DNA from: an uncultured Christensenellaceae bacterium
GTDB taxonomy: Bacteria; Bacillota; Clostridia; Christensenellales; UBA3700
Length of the DNA: 64,000 nucleotides
Assembly: GCA_944380355.1 (NCBI GenBank)
Contig: CALWHJ010000006.1
Coordinates: 18,490-82,489 of the forward strand
Direction: 5' to 3'
The first letter of the stretch is position 1; each line of letters opens with the position of its first letter. A model generated the notes under the pieces. It saw only the letters and a list, made by a program, of their open reading frames with translations. It ran no database searches and was not told the DNA's origin. The translations under genes and the position numbers were made by a program. Below are positions 30,498-40,280 of this stretch, in pieces.

Positions 30498-30624
30498 GCG
30501 AGCACGGAGAGTGGTGTGATTTTGCGAATTTTAAGAGAGTTCGCGAGCGGAGCGTACTAGACGTACGTGACCGAGCGTAACTGCTCGCGAAAATTCGCAA
30601 AGGCGCGCCGCTATACGCGCTCGC
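30498..30624 (+). repeat. Type-A hairpin element, copy 3
   Basis: GCGAGCACG-GAGAGTGG...GGAGCGTAC-TAGAC-GTACGTGACCGAGC...CCGCTATA-CGCGCTCGC; abuts the stop codon at 30625. Confidence 0.88.
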
Positions 30625-33111
30625 TTAGCGTTTGCGCCAAATACGATAAACCTCACCGCCCGCCAACGCTATCATCTTGACTGCATTGGGAGTGATTTCG
30701 TCTACGTATACTTTGAGTTTCTTGTTGACTACCTGACCGTCTTCAATAATGAGATAGTTGGCATTCTGCACACCGATACCGCCCTCTCTTATGGAGTCGA
30801 TGGTGACTATGTCTCCGTCGTCAAACTGCGCTACGATATCGTCGAGCGAAACAGAAGTCTTGATAAATCTCATAAACTTGTTCTCTTCGGTATATACGTC
30901 GGCGAGTTGTTCTGCGAGTTCGTCGGGCAAAGCTTCTGCCTGTTCGAGAGTAAACGCGTCTCTTACGAGATAGCCGTATCCCTTTCTCTCGGCAAGAGTC
31001 ATTCCCTCAGGTGAAAGCTCTTCGGTAAAGTCTTTCTCCTTGTATCTGGGTTTCTTTTCGAGCTGACAAGCCTCTGCTATCTTCGCGATAAGCTCCTTTG
31101 CTTTCTTGACAGCAAGCTTAGAGCGTACGGGCATCAACGTAGGAATTTCGGCGACGCCTCTCTTTTCGCTCATATCCTTGTGGTGATAGTACTTCTCGTC
31201 AAGTTCCTTGGGGTCAAGCGCAAGATATAGTTTCAAGGTCTTGCCGTTGATGACTATTCTTGCCTTTGTATCGCGGCTGTGATTGAAGTTTTCCTTGGTC
31301 TTGCTGATTCTGTTTCTGAAACCGTAAGACAACAACTCGTTCTTGAGTTCGGAATAGAATTTCTTGATATCGTCGCTTGCAAGTCTGAGCTTTGTGAGGT
31401 AAGTAAATCTGGGTCTTACGCTCTTGATTGCACTAATATCCTCTTCTTCCTCATCCTCTTCCTCGTCTTCGTCGTCATCGTCATCCTTATTCTGATTCAT
31501 AAGCGCAACGAGGTTGGTCTCTATGCTTTCGAGTCTTTCCTTGATTTCTTCGTCGTCTCTGTCGTCTATAGGCACGTAAACCGTCTGCACTACGGGCTGT
31601 ACGGGTTCGTCCTTAGGCTCTTCGATTACTTCTGCGACAGGCTCTACCACAGGCTCGTCTACGGGTTCCTCAATAGGCTCCTCGACAGGCTCTTCAACGG
31701 GTTCCTCGATAGGCTCTTCAACGGGTTCCTCGATAGGTTCGTCTACAGGTTCCTCTATGGGCTCTTCAACGGGCTCGTCGACAGGCTCCTCGATATGTAC
31801 GGGTTCCTCCTGAGGCTCGACTATCTCTTCCTGCTCCTCTACCGCATATACGGGCTTGGAGATAACTACGTGCGCTCTGTTGTCTCTCTTGTAGATAGAC
31901 ATCTTTAGCGTATACTGACAAAGGATAAGCCACAAAAGACCTACGATTCCGCAACCTATCGCAATGTAGAGATACATATAAATGTCAAAGAGGAAGTATG
32001 CGAGCAACGTACCTATCGCAACGATTATGAATATGTAAGGCATACAGTCAACGAGGTTGACTCTTCCTCTTACGAGTCTTATGAAAAGCGAAACGACCAT
32101 CATTACTACCGCTACTGCCGCAAACGCGAAAGTAACGAATACCTCGAGATTGCTTGCTACGTACTCGAAGTTTTCAAGCACGGGGGACTTGGTAACGATG
32201 TAGATTATCAATATGCCCAAAAGCGCGAGCATAACGATAAATGCGGCATACTTGGTAAATACTACCTTGAAGTACATAGAAAGCTTGTTGCCGGCGTTGT
32301 AAACGGCATCGTTGGCTTTTTCTTGTACTCTGACTTTGAATATTGCTATACGTATCGTCATAAGTACGAGCATAACACCGGTAAGCGCAAGCGTCATTAT
32401 TGCAAGGTTGTTGATGGGCGAGAAGTGCTTGAGAATAACGCACTGCAACAGCATACCCAGCGAAACCAAAAGGCCTATCAGCAAGAACGCGTCGAGCGAA
32501 CAAACCTTTTGTTTGCCCATAGTGATAAAAGCCCATACTATCAAAGCCGCGCCCATAATTGCTACCATAGTAATCATAAAGCTCTTATGCTGCTCGAAGA
32601 AAGGTATTCCTGCGCCGTCGGCTATGTCTGCCGCAAAGAACACTACGTAGAGCAAGCAGGTAATAGGCAAGAAGGTGATAGGATTGTAAAACTTCATCAA
32701 CGAACCGAAATAAAACGCGATTTTGTTGCGTTTTTTCTTCTTTCCTGCATCCTCTTCCTCTTCAGCCACTTCGTGACTGTCATAAGTCTCGTAGCGAAGT
32801 TCGCCGCCGGGACCGTAAGGCATATTTGTCTCTTCTTCCTTTTCGGGCTCGTCGAGAAAGCCTACTACGGCTTGTTGTTTTTTACCTTTTTTTCCTTTAG
32901 CGGAAGTCTTGGGCTGAGCAAAGGTGTCTACGCTTGATTTTTTGCTTTTTTTCTTAGCCTTTTCCTTTTTGCCCTCCGCCTGTACACGGATAATGGTAGT
33001 CTGTTCAGGTTGAGCCTGAGTGCTCTCCTGAGAGACTTCCAAAGTATCGGGTGCTTGCGCAGTATCTAAAGTCTGGTCTGTGTTTTGCGCTTTTTTATCG
33101 GCTTTTTTCAT
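30625..33111 (-). CDS. Polytopic membrane protein with EEPV-repeat stalk, acidic tract and C-terminal ribosomal uL15-like domain
   Basis: About 8 TM segments and (E/D)EP(V/I) tetrapeptide repeats. The C-terminus VSLDDIVAQFDDGDIVTIDSIRE...KKLKVYVDEITPNAVKMIALAGGEV resembles the uL15 globular domain. Confidence 0.75.
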   Translation of the reverse strand: MKKADKKAQNTDQTLDTAQAPDTLEVSQESTQAQPEQTTIIRVQAEGKKEKAKKKSKKSSVDTFAQPKTSAKGKKGKKQQAVVGFLDEPEKEEETNMPYGPGGELRYETYDSHEVAEEEEDAGKKKKRNKIAFYFGSLMKFYNPITFLPITCLLYVVFFAADIADGAGIPFFEQHKSFMITMVAIMGAALIVWAFITMGKQKVCSLDAFLLIGLLVSLGMLLQCVILKHFSPINNLAIMTLALTGVMLVLMTIRIAIFKVRVQEKANDAVYNAGNKLSMYFKVVFTKYAAFIVMLALLGILIIYIVTKSPVLENFEYVASNLEVFVTFAFAAVAVVMMVVSLFIRLVRGRVNLVDCMPYIFIIVAIGTLLAYFLFDIYMYLYIAIGCGIVGLLWLILCQYTLKMSIYKRDNRAHVVISKPVYAVEEQEEIVEPQEEPVHIEEPVDEPVEEPIEEPVDEPIEEPVEEPIEEPVEEPVEEPIEEPVDEPVVEPVAEVIEEPKDEPVQPVVQTVYVPIDDRDDEEIKERLESIETNLVALMNQNKDDDDDEDEEEDEEEEDISAIKSVRPRFTYLTKLRLASDDIKKFYSELKNELLSYGFRNRISKTKENFNHSRDTKARIVINGKTLKLYLALDPKELDEKYYHHKDMSEKRGVAEIPTLMPVRSKLAVKKAKELIAKIAEACQLEKKPRYKEKDFTEELSPEGMTLAERKGYGYLVRDAFTLEQAEALPDELAEQLADVYTEENKFMRFIKTSVSLDDIVAQFDDGDIVTIDSIREGGIGVQNANYLIIEDGQVVNKKLKVYVDEITPNAVKMIALAGGEVYRIWRKR
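31595..31822 (-). repeat. Coding 12-bp tandem repeat (EEPV/EEPI/DEPV)
   Basis: Repeated GGCTCTTCAACG/GGTTCCTCGATA units inside the CDS. Confidence 0.85.
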
Positions 33112-33293
33112 AAAAAACCCCCTTGACCTTTAAGTATTTTTTAAGATAACTAAGTACATTATATTATATTACGCACAATAAAATCAATGCTTTTTAAGAG
33201 ATTTTCTCATTTTTTTCTTATTTTTGCGCTAATATACGCGAAACCCCTTGTTTTTGCGGGTATTTGCGGGTATTTTATGCTGACGAGATTATG

Positions 33294-33950
33294 TCAAAGC
33301 TGTAAAAACCGCTTCAGTTCGCGAATGTCGGAAGCTATTGTTTTAGCCCCTGAGGATAGCAGTTCCTGTTTTGTCCTGAAGCCCCAGCAAACCGCTATGA
33401 GAGGGATACGGCAATTGTTGGCAAACTGCACGTCGACCTCGCTGTCTCCCACGTAAAGGCACTCTTTCGGGTCGAGAGAATTTTCTTTACAAACCTTATC
33501 GAAAACCGCTCTGTCGGGCTTGGGAAGCATATCGTCGGTGTTGCCGTATATTCCGTCAAAAAGCTCGCCGTAAAAATTTTTTACCAACTCTTTTGCGGCG
33601 TCGTCGTACTTGTTAGAGATGACGAAAACGCGTATGCCGCTCTCTTTTAGAGAGCGAATAAGCTCGGGCATACCCTCGTAGGGGTGCGTATGCACTGCTT
33701 TGTGCGCGTCGTAATATTCTTTGAAAATCGCGCGGCATTTTTCCAGTACCTCCACGTCTTCGCAGTGCATAAGGTCCTTGAGCAAATTGCGTATGCCGTG
33801 ACCGATTGCGCATCTTACCTGCTCGTAGGACTGCGACGGATAACCCAACTCGACAAGCGCGTAATTAGCCGATTCCACGAGGTCGGGCAAGGTATCGAGT
33901 ACGGTACCGTCCAAATCGAACAAAACGTTTTTTATTTTTTTCTCAAGCAT
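33294..33950 (-). CDS. HAD-family hydrolase (phosphoglycolate phosphatase-like)
   Basis: FDLDGT, ISNK, PKPD and YVGDSEVD motifs. Confidence 0.9.
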   Translation of the reverse strand: MLEKKIKNVLFDLDGTVLDTLPDLVESANYALVELGYPSQSYEQVRCAIGHGIRNLLKDLMHCEDVEVLEKCRAIFKEYYDAHKAVHTHPYEGMPELIRSLKESGIRVFVISNKYDDAAKELVKNFYGELFDGIYGNTDDMLPKPDRAVFDKVCKENSLDPKECLYVGDSEVDVQFANNCRIPLIAVCWGFRTKQELLSSGAKTIASDIRELKRFLQL

Positions 33951-34179
33951 AAATTTTCCTCGCGCATTTTGAGCGCATATAAAAGTATTTTTAAGAATTT
34001 TTCTTTTGCAAAACCGTTGTATAAGGCTTCAAAACACCTCAGCCATTATAAGCGTTTTTGCGTATTTCCGCATAACAATGATATAGCCCTTTACCTTTTT
34101 TGACAAGCGATTTTAGCAATAATAACAAAATACGCCTGCCTTGGCAAGCGTAAAACTGTTTATTCGCGACTACACCGCT

Positions 34180-34650
34180 TTATTCGTGCACTTTGCAGGA
34201 TATACTGTCTACAATAAGGCGCAATACGCAGGTTTTGTCCGTGCTTTCGCGCGAAAATTCCCACGAATCCTTGGCAGTATAGTGCTCCATAATACGGTTT
34301 AAAGCGTAAATTTTTTCCTCGCGATTTTCTACGAAAGTTATTTCTCCACTGCCCATTACGCAAGAGTATTGCGCGGTATATCCGCAAGCGAAGGAAGCGT
34401 CCTTGACTTTAAATGCGCAATCTAGCTCGAAGCTGACTTTTGCATCTTTTTGCAAAACCGTTATTTTCCTGCCGACCTTTGCCGAGTGAAAATAAAAAAA
34501 CCTCACCCCGTCCTTGTTTTCATAACCGAAACTCAACGGCACGATATAAGTTTCTCCTCCGTCGTTGAGACCCAGTCGGCAACAATCGCAGGCATTGATT
34601 ATGCCGTCGATTTTCTCGCCGTCGGTAATTTCTCTGTCCTTTCTTCTCAT
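34180..34650 (-). CDS. Pyridoxamine 5'-phosphate oxidase-family (NimA-like) flavoprotein
   Basis: MRRKDREI, YIVPLSFGY, YFHSAKVGRK and YSCVMGSG motifs. Confidence 0.88.
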   Translation of the reverse strand: MRRKDREITDGEKIDGIINACDCCRLGLNDGGETYIVPLSFGYENKDGVRFFYFHSAKVGRKITVLQKDAKVSFELDCAFKVKDASFACGYTAQYSCVMGSGEITFVENREEKIYALNRIMEHYTAKDSWEFSRESTDKTCVLRLIVDSISCKVHE

Positions 34651-34654
34651 AATC

Positions 34655-35266
34655 CTACACTACTCCCGCATCGTCGATTATCGCGAGAAGCACTCCGCCT
34701 TCTACGCTTACTGAGCATTTTTCTCCCGTAAAAGCGTTGCTTACGCCGAGAGGATAAGTATTGTCGACGTCAATGCCGGATATCTCGTATTTTGCGCCTT
34801 TTATGCTCACTTTCTCTGCCTTGTCCATAGCGAAAAGCGAGAAAAATCTGCCCGCTTCTCCGTACAATTCAGCTTTGTCCGTAATATAAAACGCCGTACA
34901 GTCTTTGCCTATAAACCGTACTCTTAAGCCCTTAAGAGCAAATCCGTATCCCGTCTGCAAATTGGCAAGAGTATGGTCTAATCTTCCGCCCAAACCGCCG
35001 TAAACAACGCACTCTTTTGCGCCGTTTTGCATAGCGTATTCCAACGCAAGCTGAGTGTCCGTATAATCCTTGACGGGGTCGTGCCGCAAAACCTTTACCC
35101 CTTCGGGTACATAGCCCAAAGAGTCGAAGTCGCCCACTACGCAGTCGACTTTGGCAAGGTCCTTTATCTTAGCGTATCCGCTGTCCACACCTACCAAAAC
35201 GTCGCCCTCTTCGAGGCAAAATTTTTCCGCGGCAAACTCACCGCCGCAAACCAATATCCATCTCAT
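34655..35266 (-). CDS. thiN: Thiamine diphosphokinase
   Basis: VDSG, GDFDS, KDYTDT, GGRLDHTLAN and GVSN motifs. Confidence 0.93.
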   Translation of the reverse strand: MRWILVCGGEFAAEKFCLEEGDVLVGVDSGYAKIKDLAKVDCVVGDFDSLGYVPEGVKVLRHDPVKDYTDTQLALEYAMQNGAKECVVYGGLGGRLDHTLANLQTGYGFALKGLRVRFIGKDCTAFYITDKAELYGEAGRFFSLFAMDKAEKVSIKGAKYEISGIDVDNTYPLGVSNAFTGEKCSVSVEGGVLLAIIDDAGVV

Positions 35267-35267
35267 A

Positions 35268-36479
35268 TCAGCAAGAGATTTTACGGTACATTTCTTCTAG
35301 TTGCTTTTTGCCCATAAACTTGGGAACGGGATAGAGAGGATGCGCCTCTTTGTATGCGCGTTCTACCATTACGGGTATATCTTCTTCCTTGATGATACCC
35401 TCGAATTTTTCGGGGATATCCATCTTTTTATTCATATCCTTGATTGCCTGAATAAACTTTTCAGCCTTGACCGCGTCGCTGTCTCCCTCCGCGCTTATGC
35501 CCGTAATATCGGCAAGTCTTGCGAGCTTTTTATGTACACTCTTGCCGTAATACTCCAGTACGTAAGGCAATATCACGGAGTTGGCAAGACCGTGCGCGAC
35601 GTGATAAAAACCGCCCAGCGTATGCGCTATGGCGTGTACGTAACCTACGTACGCTCTCGTAAACGCAACGCCTGCATAGTAGGAACCTTTGAGCATATTT
35701 TCTCGCGCCTCGAGATTGCTGCCGTTCTCGTATGCCTCGAGCAGATTGTCAAAGATAAGCTTGACAGCCTTTTCCGCCATAGCTTTGGTTTCTTTGGTAT
35801 TGCTCTTGCCTACGTAAGCCTCTACCGCGTGCGTCAAAGCGTCGATACCCGTAGTAGCGGTTGTCTTGGGAGGAAGTCCTACCGTCAGCGTAGCGTCCAA
35901 TATAGCGTAATGAGGTATTATGCTATGGTCGTTGATAGCGTATTTTTCGTGTGTTTCGCTGTTGGAAATAACCGCCGCAAGCGTAGTTTCGCTGCCCGTG
36001 CCTGCCGTAGTAGGAATGGCTATGAACATAGGGATTTTCTTGCGGATTTTCAAAAGACCTTTCATCTTGCTTACGGACTTTTTGGGTCTAGCCACTCTCG
36101 CGCCGACTACTTTTGCGCAGTCCATAGGAGAGCCGCCGCCGAAAGCGACGATGCATTGACAGTTGCCCTCTTTGTACATTTTCAGAGCGTCCTCTACGTT
36201 GTTAATCGTAGGATTGGCTACCGTATCGTGATACACGGTGCAATTTATGCCCCTTTCTTTGAGTCCGTCGATAATAGGAGCGGGCGCGCCCAGTCTGAAG
36301 AGATTGGGTCCCGTGACGAGAAGCACGCTTTTGATGCCCTTATTCTCGATAAAAGCAGGCAAGTCTTTTATGCCGCCGTCAAATTGCAAAATCTCGGGTT
36401 GTCTCCAAGGCAGAAAAGGCGAACAAATATAAATTGCCTTTTGAAAAAATCTGTACCAGCCTTTTTGAAATACGTTCAT
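35268..36479 (-). CDS. Iron-containing alcohol dehydrogenase
   Basis: GGGSPMD, PTTAGTGSE, DALTHAVE and HAIAH...HG metal ligands. Confidence 0.93.
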   Translation of the reverse strand: MNVFQKGWYRFFQKAIYICSPFLPWRQPEILQFDGGIKDLPAFIENKGIKSVLLVTGPNLFRLGAPAPIIDGLKERGINCTVYHDTVANPTINNVEDALKMYKEGNCQCIVAFGGGSPMDCAKVVGARVARPKKSVSKMKGLLKIRKKIPMFIAIPTTAGTGSETTLAAVISNSETHEKYAINDHSIIPHYAILDATLTVGLPPKTTATTGIDALTHAVEAYVGKSNTKETKAMAEKAVKLIFDNLLEAYENGSNLEARENMLKGSYYAGVAFTRAYVGYVHAIAHTLGGFYHVAHGLANSVILPYVLEYYGKSVHKKLARLADITGISAEGDSDAVKAEKFIQAIKDMNKKMDIPEKFEGIIKEEDIPVMVERAYKEAHPLYPVPKFMGKKQLEEMYRKISC

Positions 36480-36729
36480 AGTCTGTCCTCGCTTTAATTT
36501 AAATACCGAATACTATTATATATTATCCGTACCTATTAGTCAATACAAGAGGGGAAATAGCTTGCGCCCGATATTGTCCGAAAGCCGAAAAAATAGCAAT
36601 TGCGCGCGTTTTGCGCGCATAGCGGCCGCTGTGCGGCTGCGCGGGCGCAAGTGCAAATCCGCTTGAGCACTTTTTTAAAATTCATATAAAAATGTCTTTT
36701 GAAATATTAATACCTGACGCGGTAATATT

Positions 36730-37662
36730 CTAATCCTTTACGGTATTCTTTAACACGTCGCGAAATTCTTCTTGCGAAATAAAGTCGGGAGCGCTTGAAA
36801 AACAAAGCTTTTTACCGCTGACGGGATGCGTAAACTCGAGATAATAACTGTGCAAAGCCTGTCTGTCGAGTATCTTGCCGTCGTCAAGCGTAAGCGACCT
36901 GCAACAGGGGTTGTAAAGCTTGTCGCACATAAGAGGATAACCTATGCTCGAACTATGTACTCTTATCTGATGCGTCCTTCCCGTAACGGGTATGAATTCG
37001 GCGGAAAAATATCCGTCGTACTGTTTTAAAAATTTGTAACGCGTAACCGCCTCCGCGCCTTTGCCGACTTGGCATACGTATCTTTTCATACCGTCTTCCG
37101 CCCTGTCCAAAGGCGCGTCGATTATGCCTTCCCTCTTTCCCGAAAAAACTCCTTGACATAACGCTAGATAACGCCTGTGCGTCTTGCCCGAAAGTCTGCT
37201 GTGCGCAAGAGAATTTTTTGCTACGACCATAAGCCCCGACGTATCTCTGTCAAGACGGTTGACGGGGCGGTAAACAAAATCCCCCCAACGCTTTGCAAGA
37301 CAGTTGGCAAGACTTCTGCCGTAATGACCTTTTACGGGAATGACGGCAAGCGAGGCGGGTTTTTCGACGACAGCCAAGTCCTCGTCTTCGTAGACGATTG
37401 GTATCTCCCTGTCGCACACGGGTACTCCGGGCACTTCCCTGTCCTCGAGATATATGCAAAATTCCTCGTCTTTTTTAAGTACGTCGACAAGCGTAACGGG
37501 TATTTCTTCCTGCCCGTTTATCTTGGCGACAAGTCCGATGCGTTTTCTCAGTTCCGTACGTATGCCGGAGGATACGTCAAGACTTTTGAGTACGTCGTCC
37601 GCCTTTCCGTCGAAAGGCGCGGTAAATACTATTCGCCTTGCTTTCACAATCCCTCTCTCCAT
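36730..37662 (-). CDS. RluA-family pseudouridine synthase
   Basis: VNRLDRDTSG, TGRTHQIRVH and RQALHS motifs. Confidence 0.92.
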   Translation of the reverse strand: MERGIVKARRIVFTAPFDGKADDVLKSLDVSSGIRTELRKRIGLVAKINGQEEIPVTLVDVLKKDEEFCIYLEDREVPGVPVCDREIPIVYEDEDLAVVEKPASLAVIPVKGHYGRSLANCLAKRWGDFVYRPVNRLDRDTSGLMVVAKNSLAHSRLSGKTHRRYLALCQGVFSGKREGIIDAPLDRAEDGMKRYVCQVGKGAEAVTRYKFLKQYDGYFSAEFIPVTGRTHQIRVHSSSIGYPLMCDKLYNPCCRSLTLDDGKILDRQALHSYYLEFTHPVSGKKLCFSSAPDFISQEEFRDVLKNTVKD

Positions 37663-37955
37663 TGGTATTTTTTCAAATCCACGACAAAGTCATTGTCGCA
37701 CTTTACGCCTTCTTTTTCCAAAAGTTCGGCTTGTACGTCTATGCCTCCGAAAGCAAAAGCGGGGGCAAGCCTTCCCTCGCGGTTGACCACTCTGTGGCAA
37801 GGAATTATACCCGGCAAAGGATTGAAGTGCAGTGCGTAACCTACGGCGCGCGACGCTTTAGGCGAACACAACAAACGCGCTATCTGCCCGTACGTGGCAA
37901 CTTTGCCTTTAGGTATTTTCTTAACTACTTCGTATACTTCGTCGTAAAAACTCAT
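37644..37955 (-). CDS. MGMT-family (methylated-DNA--protein-cysteine methyltransferase-like) protein
   Basis: IPKGKVATYGQIA, RAVG and PCHRVV motifs. Confidence 0.9.
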   Translation of the reverse strand: MSFYDEVYEVVKKIPKGKVATYGQIARLLCSPKASRAVGYALHFNPLPGIIPCHRVVNREGRLAPAFAFGGIDVQAELLEKEGVKCDNDFVVDLKKYQWREGL

Positions 37956-38188
37956 TTTTTTCTCCTGTGTCGCTAACAATAATCGGCAATCACTTGTCCG
38001 GCTTAAGACCGATTTTCCGTTAACGGCTAATATTGTTTTTATAGTTATCGTTTTCTCTTATTCTGATTAATAAACCGTTTCTAATTGATAAACCGTTTTT
38101 TATGCGGTATGCGATTTCGCAAATCGCCTTAACTCAATTATATCGCAAAATCCCGTATTTTCATATACTTTGATAGTAATTTTTATTT

Positions 38189-39115
38189 TTATTTACCGCT
38201 TGCGGCAAGTTTGTCATAAGGCGCGAATATATCTTCGAGCGACTCTTTCGTAGCGTCGCGGTTAAGACGCTTTAAAAGATACAAATCCTCGGGAGAAGAT
38301 ACGCTGTTGATACCCTCGTTGCAAGTCAAGGTCATCTTTATTCCCTTTTCCTTGAGTATTCTTTCGCTAATCGAATTGTATTTGCCGTAAGGATATGCGT
38401 ATATCTCGTAAAATCTTCCTTGTACCTCGGCATTGTAAAGCGATTTGATTAGCTTGTCCGTATCGTCGGCAAATACGCGTGAATATTCTTTGTCGCTCTC
38501 TCCCTTGAGCTGTGCGACGCCCAGACGCGGGCGCAGATTGTGCATTGAATAGGAGTGCAATCCTATCTCGATATTTTTGCTTTGACTTGCCTGCCGTATA
38601 TCATTCCAGCCCAGATATACGAAATCCCCGCCGACTTTGGGATTGTTTTTGTCAAGAAGCGTATAATCCCCCACCACCGAAAAGAGTGCGGTATATCCGT
38701 ACTCTTTCAACAACGGCAAAGCGTATTTTACGTTGTTGAGATAGCCGTCGTCGAAAGTAATCATCACTGCCTTGTCGGGCAGACTTTTGCCCGCGTAAAC
38801 CCTGTCTATGACCTCGGCGCAACTGATTATATTGAATTTGTTTTTTCTGAGATATTCGAAATCCTTTTTGAGCGCGTCTTCGCCTATGCAATAGGTACTT
38901 TGTTTTTTGCCTTCTTTCAGCACGTTGTGATACATAAGGACAATAAGCGTACTGCCGTCGGAAAAACACTCTTTTGTCTGCACTTTAGCATCGACTTGCA
39001 CAAAAGAAGCCGCGTCTGTTACCTCACGCAACGCAGCAGCCGCTGTTACCGCCGACAAAAAAATCAAAAAGCAAATCAGTACGGCTTTCGTTCTCAATCT
39101 GTAAAATCTTTCCAT
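38189..39115 (-). CDS. Polysaccharide deacetylase (CE4) with N-terminal signal
   Basis: LMYHNV, ITFDDGY, HSYSMH and AYPYG motifs. Confidence 0.88.
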   Translation of the reverse strand: MERFYRLRTKAVLICFLIFLSAVTAAAALREVTDAASFVQVDAKVQTKECFSDGSTLIVLMYHNVLKEGKKQSTYCIGEDALKKDFEYLRKNKFNIISCAEVIDRVYAGKSLPDKAVMITFDDGYLNNVKYALPLLKEYGYTALFSVVGDYTLLDKNNPKVGGDFVYLGWNDIRQASQSKNIEIGLHSYSMHNLRPRLGVAQLKGESDKEYSRVFADDTDKLIKSLYNAEVQGRFYEIYAYPYGKYNSISERILKEKGIKMTLTCNEGINSVSSPEDLYLLKRLNRDATKESLEDIFAPYDKLAASGK

Positions 39116-39309
39116 ATCACACCTTGCATATAGTGTGTATGATATTTTTTTATTTATTCGGCAAAGAATAATGCAAGTGCTAATTTCCGCTTGCGCTATC
39201 AAAGACAATATCAAAATACGGCCTCTAAAATGATTTACTGTGTATTACTGCAAGACTTGCCGACTTACGCACCCCTCTTGCAAGCGTCCTCTCAGTAAAG
39301 TAAAAGCTC

Positions 39310-40011
39310 TTACTCCGGATTATGCTCTCTTGCGATAAGTTCGGCTATGCGTGAGCAGAGCTCGTTGCGGTAAGCCTCGTCCAGCAATAATTTTTCATCC
39401 TCGGCATTGGATATAAATCCGCATTCTATAATTATCGACGGTACGGGCGCGCATTTGGTAATAAACAAATCCCCCTCTATCGCCTCGTAATCGTCGCGAC
39501 CGCCGTACTTGGCATTTACGGTCTTGTTGAGATGCGCCTGCATAGCCTCGGCAAAATCCTTGCCTACTTCGGTATCGTCGTAAAATACCTGTACTCCTCT
39601 TCGCGCGCTGTCGGAAAATCTGTTGACGTGAAGACTTATGACCGTCAGAGGAGAAGAAGAAAGTATGATTTCCTTGCGCATCTGCATATCTATACGCTTT
39701 ATATTGCTTAAGGCGTTTTCGTCCTCTCGCGTCATTACCACACGGTAGTTGGCTTCTTCCAGACGGCTTTTGAGAAGTCTTGCCATAGCGAGATTGATAT
39801 CGCTCTCTTTTACTCCCGCCGAGCCTACTACTCCGCCGTCTATCCCACCGTGCCCGGCGTCAACTACGACGGTACCGTAAAAAAAACTCTTTCCGCCCGC
39901 TTGCGCTACGCCTGCGACCGCCCCTGCGCACGCAGATATGCATAAAACGGGAATGAGAATACACGATAGTGCGATAATTATAGCTTTTTTGTAGATAATT
40001 TTGATTTTCAT
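39310..40011 (-). CDS. cwlD: N-acetylmuramoyl-L-alanine amidase (CwlD-like)
   Basis: VDAGHGGIDGG, ESDINL, ISLHVN, GVQVFY and IECGFISN motifs; signal peptide. Confidence 0.7.
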   Translation of the reverse strand: MKIKIIYKKAIIIALSCILIPVLCISACAGAVAGVAQAGGKSFFYGTVVVDAGHGGIDGGVVGSAGVKESDINLAMARLLKSRLEEANYRVVMTREDENALSNIKRIDMQMRKEIILSSSPLTVISLHVNRFSDSARRGVQVFYDDTEVGKDFAEAMQAHLNKTVNAKYGGRDDYEAIEGDLFITKCAPVPSIIIECGFISNAEDEKLLLDEAYRNELCSRIAELIAREHNPE

Positions 40012-40074
40012 AATTTTGAGTTAAACACCTCGTCAAATGCCTTTTTATTGCCTCAAACCGCCTTTATAGCCGAC

Positions 40075-40118
40075 TTATCCACAGAGTTATCCACAAAAAC
40101 ACTTGTTCGTGTGGATAA
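40075..40118. promoter_or_regulatory. Cluster of three perfect DnaA boxes
   Basis: TTATCCACA at 40075-83 and 40087-95, TGTGGATAA at 40110-18; a 1-mismatch box TGTGGAAAA at 40238-46. Confidence 0.8.
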
Positions 40119-40194
40119 CTCGCCGACTATATTTGCCCTTCATTTCTATGTATATGTGACGAATTAAGGCGATATTCTCAACTTTCGGCTAGCG

Positions 40195-40224
40195 TTGACA
40201 ATGCCCGAAAAGGTGTATTATAAT
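40195..40224 (+). promoter_or_regulatory. Sigma-A promoter of the GH20 gene
   Basis: TTGACA-18 bp-TATAAT. Confidence 0.65.
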
Positions 40225-40280
40225 GTTTATGGACAAATGTGGAAAACAGCCTTTTTAAGGCTTATCCGAAGGAGTAAATT

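Noticed and set aside
40075-40118. Calling the DnaA-box cluster oriC
   Set aside because: There is no dnaA/dnaN/rpmH/gidA context and no evident skew change by eye. It is kept only as a non-origin cluster.
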